Assembly: GCA_951406725.2 (NCBI GenBank) | Contig: OX597817.1 | Span: forward strand, 165,106,001 to 165,170,000 | Direction: 5' to 3' | DNA: 64,000 nucleotides | From: Octopus vulgaris | Taxonomy: Eukaryota | Shown here: positions 53,251 to 64,000 of the stretch, piece after piece | Numbering within the stretch: position 1 is the first letter of the stretch | Layout of the letters: every line of letters begins with the position of its first letter | Program-made: the position numbers and the translations under genes | The notes under the pieces: generated by a model | The model's input: only the letters and a program-made list of their open reading frames with translations | Told to the model about the DNA's origin: nothing | Databases searched by the model: none

Positions 53251-54059
53251 CTTAATACAAGTTGCAAATTTTGGCGCAAGGCTAATTTTGTTCCCTTTAA
53301 ACGAATCATCTGTACAGATCGTTTAGTAAGAAATTGCAGAACCGTCTTTCTGGGAGCGAGAGACTACCATATATTATATTATAATAATCTCCAATTCCTT
53401 CGAGTTTCACCGTGCCAAAAATAAACAATAGAAAAGAAAAGAAAAATATGATTTCACGTTCTCTCGAAGTTTCTAAATTCTGACGTCAACTTAATAAATA
53501 TTTGATTTGATAATTCAACAACACAGGGTTCTGTATATCAAGGTCTGGGTGAGAGATTCCAGCCGTTGACTGACTGAATCCAGCAAGGCAAACAGTGATA
53601 AGTGGTTTACTTTAGTGTGATACAATGTATACTGGTTTTATGTTGATACGGCTTTACTATCTCAAAGTCAACGATCCAGAACCGTAGTCAACTAGCCGTT
53701 TCAGTCTCTCTTAGTGATTTATGATTATTAGTTTGCTCAGTACGTAACACTTCCACTGTAAGCAGGCAGGTCGTCTTGTTAAGCAGTTCTGTTCTTGATC
53801 GTAAAGTCCCGTGTTCGATCCTATTGCAAGGAATATTAAGCGTCTTAGGTCATCCGATTTCGCGTTCTGAAAATGTTCGCTTCCACGATCGGGAAGTCTC
53901 GTGTTCGATCTCATTGCAAGGAATATCAGACAAGTGTCTTAATTCATACACTTTCACTGGAAACAAGGTCGTGTTGTTAAATTGTTCGTTTTTGGATTAT
54001 AGAGTCCTGAGTTCGATATCATTGGTGGAAACAGTAATTGTTTTTTGTGTTTATTTTTC

Positions 54060-54430
54060 TGGTGGGAAGAGTAGTTGATTATATCAACCCCAATGCTTAA
54101 TTTGTACTTTATTTTATTGATCCCAGAGAGATGACTGACAAAGATAATCGCAGTAGGATTTGAGCTCAGAAACCCAGAATGTAAAAAGCCGGAAGAAAAA
54201 GAACAACAAAGTCGGTTTCAAATTTTGGCATAAGGCCAGAAATTTTCGGGCGAGTCGGTAAGTCGATTACATCAACCCCAGTATTCAACTGGTACTTATT
54301 TTTTTGAGCCCAAAGTGAGGAAAAGCAAAGACAACTTCTGCGGAGTTTGAACCGCGAACGTCAAGACGGACGAAATGGGTCTAAGCTTTATTTTTGCCTG
54401 CATGCTAACGATTCTGCCAGCTCGCCACCT
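54060..54430 (-). mobile_element. Old SINE family B-related copies
   Basis: CTGCCAGCTCGCC head and degenerate core. Confidence 0.65.
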
Positions 54431-55039
54431 TAACAATAACAACAACATGAACAAAATCAAAACAACAGCAACGACAACATAAGGCGTATTCCCCACCATG
54501 GACAACAAGTGACGGAAGTTCAAGGTTCTCAGTTGTGGATAACACACATTATGCTTACGTTGATCCATACTTCTAAAACCCCGAGTGTACCGACACTGTT
54601 TGTCATTCTCGCCTTCTAAAATGTAGTGAACCAATGACTGCTTTGCTGGAATGATGTAACCATAGATATTATGCTCAGAATGGTTTAGTAAAGGCAAGTA
54701 TACAGTATTTAGGAGCAGGCTGTCCCCATGAGACCTATTTAAATGTATATCTGTAATTTTCCTACCATAAAGAGGAATATATTAAATTTCTTCTACATAA
54801 GATCACAAATATCGTATGTATGGTGTATTGTTTTTAATACAATACAACACATTGTGCTGGGGTATTGTACACGAGTTCCTTTAAATATACTTGGATACAC
54901 GATAACTTAACCGAAACAGCTCCGTATGCAGTTAACGATCCAGTTTCAATTCCTTCGAGAAGTTCCCATCTATCTTAGGAAATGGTAATGTGGACAAAAT
55001 ATTGAACTTTAAAACTTCAATTGTTATTACGTAACAAAG

Positions 55040-55289
55040 TGAGCAAGGAGAATCGTTAAGCACGTCGGGCACAATGCTTAGCAGCTTTTCGTCCGTCGTT
55101 ACGTTCTAAGTTCAAATTACGCCGAGGTCTACTTTGCCTTTCATCCTTTCGGGGTCGATAAATTAGGTACTAGTGAAACACTGGGGTCGATGTAATCGAC
55201 TAGTCACCTCCCCACAAATTTTCGGGCCTTGTGCCTTGCCTTTAGTGGAAAGGATTATTATTATTATTATCATTATTATTATCATTTTA

Positions 55290-55336
<47 letters not shown>

Positions 55337-55355
55337 CATTATTATTATCATTTTA

Positions 55356-55429
<74 letters not shown>

Positions 55430-55670
55430 CATTATTATTATTATTATTATTAATACGGCGAGTAAGCAGAATCGTTGGCACGCCCAGCGTAATACCTAGA
55501 GGTATTTCGCCAGCCGCTACGTTCTGAGTTCAAATTCCGCCGAGGTCGACTTTGCCTTTCATCTTTCCGAGATTGATAAAATAGGTACCAGTTGAACACT
55601 GGAGGTCAATGTAATTGACTCATCCCCTCCCGCCAAATTAATGCCTTGTGGAAAAATTTGAAACTATCAT
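55040..55670 (+). mobile_element. Two SINE family B copies (alternative 3' end) separated by (TTA)n
   Basis: Core GCCTTTCATCCTTTCGGGGTCGATAAA; both end in (G)CCTTGTG...(TTA)n. Confidence 0.8.
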
Positions 55671-55692
55671 TATTATTAGTATTATTATTATA

Positions 55693-55733
<41 letters not shown>

Positions 55734-56288
55734 CATCATCATTATTTTAAATAAGACCAGGTAGTGAGATTAGAAAGAAATCCAACTGTTATTTCTAGCA
55801 AGTCGTTCGACCAAGTAGAGCCCCTTCCTTGGCTTGCAGTTTTAACGTTGTTAATAGCAGTGAACTATTGCACCGTACGGTTGAATAAGTCAATAAATCT
55901 TAAATTAAACCGCTGAGTGTCATGCATCATTTAGAAATAAAAATTTTCCTTATGGTCACCCGTTGCATCAGATTTTAGGGGCCGGGTCAGATGAAGATTA
56001 GGTTAAAAATATAAACATGGGTAAGGTTACTGTAATAACCTTAACTTAAAAGTACTCGTCACCTCAACTGGGTGGAAGTATTGAAGTGTGTATGCGTATG
56101 TGTGTGTGCGTGTATGTATATGTGAGTGCATATGGTGCGTGTGCATATGTGTGTGTGCATGTGTGTGTGCTTGTGTGTAGGTATTTGTGTGTGTGCGTGT
56201 GTTATGCAGGCATGTAAAATTTAGAAATTTGGGTAAGGTATCACAAACCGGTGACTCAGGGTAGTGACCCAGTGAAACCTGAGTTTCA

Positions 56289-56377
<89 letters not shown>

Positions 56378-56389
56378 CTCTCTCTATCA

Positions 56390-56525
<136 letters not shown>

Positions 56526-56623
56526 GTCTGCCTATTTATCTGTTTGTATGTCTATTTATCTATCAACACATGCATAGTTGTATATAATTGCGTGTATAAA
56601 CATACATATATATGTGTGTGTGG

Positions 56624-56701
<78 letters not shown>

Positions 56702-56791
56702 TTATACCATACACACACAAGTACAAACACACACACACACACGTAACAAATTAAATGGGTAGCTTCTTAGCAATTTGAACTTAAAGGCAAA

Positions 56792-56984
56792 ATTAATAGA
56801 GATCACAAAAGTGACAGAGGCTACTGACAAGAACCACTATTGCTAGAAGTAAGAGTTAAAACAACTCAAAAGTATTTGTCAGTCATTAAGATAGTGCTTT
56901 GGAGCTTTTGAGTTATTTTAAATCTTATTTCTAGCAATAGCGATGCTAGCTAACACCCTATGCACTTTTGTAACTACTATTAAT
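56792..56984. mobile_element. Old fold-back MITE
   Basis: ATTAATAG...ACAAAAGTG...CTATTGCTAGAAGTAAGA...AACTCAAAAG is mirrored by CTTTTGAGTT...TCTTATTTCTAGCAATAG...CACTTTTGT...CTATTAAT. Confidence 0.65.
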
Positions 56985-57205
56985 ATATATATATATACAT
57001 GTTTTTATCCAAAATGGAGACGGACACCATTTCTTCATGTGATCGGCTTGAAAATTGTTAAGATATTAAGACATTTTCCTTAACATGAAACCAATGGTAC
57101 ACTTACTACACCAATAAAGAAATTCTACCCACCAATGCGGTGTTGAGTACTCATTCTCGTCGTTCGACACTTATGTATATGTATGTATGCATGTATGTAT
57201 GTATG

Positions 57206-57263
<58 letters not shown>

Positions 57264-57268
<5 letters not shown>

Positions 57269-57440
57269 CTTCTGCCGTTACGTTCTGGGTTCAAATTCCG
57301 CCGAGGTCGACTTTGCCTTTCATCCTTTAGGGGTCGATAAATTAAGTACCAGTTATGCACTGGGATCGATGTAATCGATTTAATCCCCTTGTCTGTCCTT
57401 GTTTGTCCCCTCTGTGTTTAGCCCCTCGTGGGTAGTAAAG

Positions 57441-57444
<4 letters not shown>
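57264..57444 (+). mobile_element. SINE family B headless unit in (TA)n
   Basis: Starts at TATTTC, the multimer junction position, and ends AAAGAAATA. Confidence 0.85.
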
Positions 57445-57500
<56 letters not shown>

Positions 57501-57502
<2 letters not shown>

Positions 57503-57713
57503 CGAGAAGCTTTATGAAAATAAACAAAAGACGAAGGCAGGTGGAATACGAACAAACAATTGTATTAGTATGGCGCTCAGGAATATAAATAAAAAAACAA
57601 GTCTTTTATGTTTCGAGCCTACGCTCTTCAACAGAAAGATACACAGAAAAGAAACACAGAAAGAAACAAGGAGAGAAAAAAATGCGTGCAGAGGCTAGCG
57701 AATCAACATGGCG
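57501..57713 (-). mobile_element. ~210-bp Penelope-like element in (TA)n with minimal hammerhead
   Basis: Near-identical to 32861-33070; core CTGTTGA...GAAACATA. Confidence 0.7.
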
Positions 57714-57814
<101 letters not shown>

Positions 57815-57832
57815 AATATATGTATATATATA

Positions 57833-58510
<678 letters not shown>

Positions 58511-59408
58511 AAGTTTGTATGTATGTATGTATGTATGTATGTATGTATGTATGTATGTATGTATGTATGTATGTAGATAAGTAGGTAGTCAGGTAGGTAA
58601 TTGTGTGTGTGTGTATGCGTGAGCGTATGTGTGTGCTTGTGCGTGTGGCTCTATAGTAAGCCTTATCTATGTATTATAAAACCATTAGCAATAATCTATA
58701 CTAAAATTACTTACTGTTGCCTTTTTTGTTGTTATCTTTGCTCTTGTAATTGTTGTTATTGTTTGTTGTTGTTAGCCCAAGATCGCCTCCAATCGAACAG
58801 TAAACCATCCCACTTACAAACCTTATTCAATGTTCCCCTTCCTCTAATCAAACAGTCAGATCTTAAACTCATATGGTAAAGATTATTACTGCTATTTCTA
58901 GTTGGTCGAGCGACCACGTGAGGGCATCCCCGTTGAGTACATAATACACAAACTAGTCTTATACGTAGTAACAAGGGTGGTATTACCAAATTTCATAGAC
59001 ATCCTAAGGTGGCCCTTTTAAAGCAGGGCTGTAAATATGTCAGTTTTAGTTACGTTGTGTTTTATAACAACACACATCTGTATACGAGACTATATAGGGA
59101 GTTGCAGGGGGGTCTGTTTATATAGGATTATGGCGATTACTAGCGAGGTGGTGCTTACGTCAGTGGATATGTGTATGTCTAGTTTGTGTGTTTGTATGTA
59201 TGTGTGTATGTATATGTATGTGTATGTATGTATGTATGTATGTATGTATGTATGTATGTATGTATGTATGTATGTATGTATGTATGTATGTATGTATGTA
59301 TGTATGTATGTATGTATGTATGTATGTATGTATGTATGTATGTGTGTATGTCTACTGTTTGTGAGTTCTATGTAAGTAGGTGTGTATATATGTATGTATG
59401 TATGTATG

Positions 59409-59442
<34 letters not shown>

Positions 59443-59876
59443 TGTATGTATGTGTGTATGTCTACTGTTTGTGAGTTCTATGTAAGTAGGTGTGTATGTA
59501 TGTATGTATGTATGTATGTATGTATGTATGTATGTATGTATGTGTGCGTGCATTTGTGTTTATGTAAGTGTGTATGTATGTGTGTATAAGTACGTATATA
59601 TGTATGTATGTATGTATACATGTATGTAAGTAGTATGTGTGTGTGTCTATGTATGTACGTATATATGTATGTGTGTGTATGTGTTATTTTCGTTTTGTGA
59701 ATGGTTTATGCATATCTATATGCGAGTGTATGCGAAAACAGAGAGAGAGGGGGAGAGAGAGGGGGAGAGCGAGGGGGGAGAGCGAGGGGGGAGAGCGAGG
59801 GAGAGAGATAAATAAGGAAAGAGGGGAGTTTATACGTGTGTAAGTGTTTATCTATATATGTATATATAATCCATTG

Positions 59877-60250
59877 TGGCACTCCGTCGGTTACGACGAC
59901 GAGGGTTCCAGTTGATCCGATCAATGGAACAGCCCGCTCGTGAAATTAACGTGCCAGTGGCTGAGCACTCCAGAGACACGTGTACCCTTAATGTAGTTCC
60001 CGGGGAGATTCAGCGTGACACAGGGTGTAACAAGACTGGCTCTTTGATATACAGGTACAACAGAAACAGGAAGAAAGAGTGAGAGAAAGTTGTGGTGAAA
60101 GAGTACAGTAGGGTTCGCTACCAACCCCTACCGGAACCTCGTTGAGATTTAGGTGTTTTCGCTCAATAAACACTCTGAACACCCGGTCTGGGGATCGAAA
60201 CCGCGATCCTACGACCGCGATTCCGCTGCCCTAACCACTAGTCCATTGCG
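59877..60250 (-). mobile_element. SINE family C variant (alternative body, tail X)
   Basis: Homologous to 48478-48858. Confidence 0.85.
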
Positions 60251-60272
60251 ATTCTACTGTATATATAATATA

Positions 60273-60620
60273 CAAGGTGCGAAGCGTACATTGTCGCCAT
60301 TTTATATTTTTATTTTCGCGCATGCACATTGTTTGTTTTTGATTTTATCGACTACACAGTATAGTAGGGTCAGTTGGGCACCGTCTATGAGAAAAATAGC
60401 ACCATGACGCAATTTACTCTGCCAGAATTTTGGAAACGAAATACGGTACTGCTCGGCATTTGTGCTTGAAGCTACAATACGAACAGATGGTAGACAGTCA
60501 GAACAACCCTTAGCCGTGTCCCCTCAACCTGTACCGAAAGTAATAAAAATCAAACCTCCAGTCAGCATCATGGCGTTTGGTAAGATTACTCCTCATGGCG
60601 ACATTATGCCTCCATTCATT
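60273..60620 (+). mobile_element. Internally deleted Tc1/mariner (maT/DD37D-like) remnant
   Basis: TA|CAAGGTG left end; MTQFTLPEFWKRNTVLLGI start; LAVSPQPVPKVIKIKPPVSIMAFGKITPHGDIMPPFI resembles the VP....K.P..VMV.G.....G..MPP.F segment of maT-type transposases. Confidence 0.6.
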
Positions 60621-60911
60621 GCTCCGGAACGAAAATTTCAGGGTGTGTGCGTGCCAATCTGAGGACATGTACCGAGAGTGACAAAAATCAAATATCCAGT
60701 CAACATTCGGAGTTTTCTATCCTCAGTCGAGTTCCAGATTATTTTTGCAATTTCGGCTGGTTATACTCAAGATTGCTTCAAACTGGCCAGCCCCAAGGAA
60801 AAACTAAGCTAAGAGCATTAGATTTCTTGGAAGAAAGGCTTTGAGGGTGGATTTGGTATATGGAATCTGAAAGACGTCCATCGTATATATAAACAGAAAG
60901 TGAAAAAGTTC

Positions 60912-60959
<48 letters not shown>

Positions 60960-60994
60960 TATATGCAACCCACACGTATATATATATTTATACA

Positions 60995-61086
<92 letters not shown>

Positions 61087-62099
61087 TATATATAAATAGA
61101 CACACACATATGCACACACATACACACGCACAGATTTAGTCATATGATTGATGTGTGGCTTGTGTTTTCAATGTCATTAATCCTCACTGTGACACTGACA
61201 TACCACGACAACGCAGGGATCTTTAAATCCGATTGGCTCCGCGAATAATTCTTTGTACCTACTTTCACTTACTGGATAAGGTGAACCCGGGACAACAGTA
61301 GATGACAGATGCCCAACTGAGGTTCTCCTAATGTGACAGGAATGACCTCAGATGTTAATATTATAATGCTGAAATGCATAATCCCACAATCATGCTAAAA
61401 ATACATGTATGTATGTATGTATGTATGTATATTTGGTGCAACGAACGCGAGAGAAGGAGTACATGCATACATGCACACACGCATGCGCACACACACACAC
61501 ATTCACACATGCACGTACATATATACATACACACATACATACACACACACATACATACATACATACATTCACACATGCACGTACATATATACATACACAC
61601 ATACATACATACATACATACATACATACATACATACATACATACATACATACATACATTTCAGAGGCTGAAACATTATATAGGGGACTCAAAAGCCAGAA
61701 GTTTTCGAACAGGTTGTGTGCGGGTGGGATGTGGGGGGCTCGTTGCTCCTGCGTGTTATAAGCTTGTGTGTGTGCGTATGTATTGATTTGGCTTTCATCA
61801 AGGAAATAGGAACGGCAGCTGAAACTAACTGAATGAAGCTGGTTATTGCTGATAAGAGCCCGCAAGTGGAACTCTTCCATATGTGAAGACTAGCACAATC
61901 CTTGCTGGCCCTCTCGGGTGAAGCGTACAGGCCAAGGGGTGAAATGCTTGTGATCCAGAGATACCTGTTAACGATATTATATAGCGAGAGAGAGACTTAC
62001 AGGTATTAGCATTAATGGAGCTGCTTGTTGCTTGTTAATTTTCCCAGGGTATTTCCATATTAGTTACTCACTTCATCAAGGCCCCATTTTGCCACGAAT

Positions 62100-62307
62100 A
62101 CTCTTTTACTTGTTTCAGTCATTTGACTGCGGCCATGCTGGAGCACCGCCTTTAGTCGAGCAACTCGACCCCAGGACTTATTCTTTTGTAAGCCCAGTAC
62201 TTATTCTATCGGTCTATTTTGCCGAACCGCTAAGTAACGGGGACATAAACACACCAGCATCGGTTGTCAAGCAATGCTAGGGGGACAAACACAGACACAC
62301 AAACACA

Positions 62308-62357
<50 letters not shown>

Positions 62358-62517
62358 CGGGCTTCTTTCAGTTTCCGTCTACCAAATCCACTCAGAAGGC
62401 TTTGATCGGCCCGAGGCTATAGTAGAGGACACTTGCCCAAGATGCCACGCAGTGGGACTGAACCCGGAACCATGTGGTTGGTAAACAAGCTACTTACCAC
62501 ACAGCCACACCTGCGCC
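62100..62517 (-). mobile_element. SINE family A, full length, with TSD CCACGAAT
   Basis: CCACGAAT at 62092 and 62519 flank the element. Confidence 0.92.
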
Positions 62518-63219
62518 TCCACGAATGCCGAAAGAACCACTCCCAAATCCACCCGTTCTACTTTATGAGTGAACACTGAGCATAGTCACAGCCCTACGCT
62601 GTTGATTGGTGGTTCATGGCTTCATTGTTTGCAGCAGTCCTGCTATTGATTAGTTTCACACGTCCAATCAGCATTGTTCAGTCAGCGTGCAGCAGCTTGC
62701 TTTTGTGTCATGACGTTCGTTCATACGGAGAACTGACATATAAACGTGTGCGTGTGTGCATGTATGTGTATGTGTTTGTGAGAGAAGGAGAGGGACAGAG
62801 AAGGAAAGGGAGTGAGATAGAGAGAGAGAAAGAGAAAGAGAGAGATCTGTCGTCATTGCTGTTTTATTTAGCCCCTGGTCAGCTCAACTGCAATAAACCT
62901 ATGATCAAATGTAAGTCATTCAAGCGGGGTTTTTGTTCAGAGCAATATTATCCTCGATACACGCCTCCTTTCCCTTTCGAAGTAATAAATATTTTATCTT
63001 CACTTTGACTCCGTATACCAACCACTGTGCTGGAACACATTACAGAAATAGCAGCCACAACACCTTCAAATTGCACACCTAAGTATCATTCTAAAGGAAA
63101 AGACACGTTGTATAGAACAGTCTTACATATGCTATGGGTGAATGAAGCCAAGATGGCTAAAAATTGAACATTTTCGATCAAGGCTAAGGTGCAGTAACAT
63201 TGTTAGATATACTTATTGA

Positions 63220-63800
63220 CGGCGAGCTGGCAGAATTGTTAGCCGGGCGAAATGCTTAGCAGTATTTCGTCTGCCGCTACGTTCTGGGTTCAAATTCCGC
63301 CGAGGTCGACTTTGCCTTTCATCCTTTCGGGGTCGATAAATTAAGTACCAGTTGCGCACTGGGGTTGATGTAATCGACTTAATCCGTTTGTCTGCCCTTG
63401 TTTGTCCCCTCTATGTTTAGCAACTTGTGGGCAATAAAGAAATAAGAATCGTTAGCACGCTAGGAGAAATGCTTAGCGGCATTTCGTCTGTGTTTACGTT
63501 TTGAGGCCAAATTCCGTCGAAGTCGTTTTTACCTTTAATCCTTTCGGAGCCGATAAATTAAGTACCAGTATAAAACTGGGGTCGATGTAATCGACTAGGC
63601 CTCTCCCTTGTGCCTTTAGTAGAAAGGATTATTAGATATATATTAATATAATGTGACAGAGTCGTTGCACGCTGGACCAAATGCTTAGCGGCTTGTATTC
63701 GGCTTTACGTTTTCAATTTAACTGCCACCGAGGTTGACTTTGCTTTTCTTCCTTTCGGGGTCGATAAAATAAGTCTCAGTTGAGCAGGGGGTTGATGTAA
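63220..63800 (+). mobile_element. SINE family B dimer plus an older copy
   Basis: Junction AAAGAAATA|AGAATCGTTAG at ~63444. Confidence 0.85.
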
Positions 63801-64000
63801 TCGCCCCCACCAAATCCCGGCCGTGTACCTGTGTTCCAAACGCTTTTCCTACGTCTGCTCCAGTAGGGCTAAGCGAGGGCTAAACGGCGTCCTTTGCTGA
63901 AGTACTCTAAACGTTTCTGCAAAATCAGGAATAATTATCTTACTTAGATAATATTTATGATATTTTAAATAAGCACAGAGACAGTGTTAGTAATTATAGA

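Noticed and set aside
54480-54697. LVHYILEGENDKQCRYTRG, vaguely like an RTE C-terminus
   Set aside because: Similarity too weak to call without a search.

Overview
Repeat-saturated animal (metazoan) genomic DNA that is intergenic or intronic. The SINE families, the very high density of (TA)n/(CA)n/(TATC)n/(TATG)n microsatellites and the AT-richness suggest a coleoid cephalopod, probably Octopus (inference, not database-checked). I recognise no intact host protein-coding gene; nearly all ORFs in the track are microsatellite or SINE read-throughs. Supported content: three abundant tRNA-headed SINE families (A, CORE-like with an internal microsatellite; B, Meta-domain-like, often in head-to-tail multimers; C, Val-like head with swappable bodies and tails); 3' fragments of non-LTR retrotransposons (two CR1/L2-group copies whose 3' end matches the SINE-A tail, RTE-type remnants, and a HERO-type restriction-like endonuclease); Tc1/mariner remnants and several MITEs; a complete non-autonomous Helitron; and one well-formed tRNA-Thr(AGT). 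The most notable signal is a set of hammerhead-ribozyme motifs: a full Schistosoma-Sm-alpha-like type I hammerhead at about 42552-42611, minimal Penelope-type hammerheads in short elements inserted in microsatellites, and a hammerhead core in an unusual knotted strand order in the HERO 3' UTR. Repeat boundaries were read by eye and are approximate, typically within about 10 bp.
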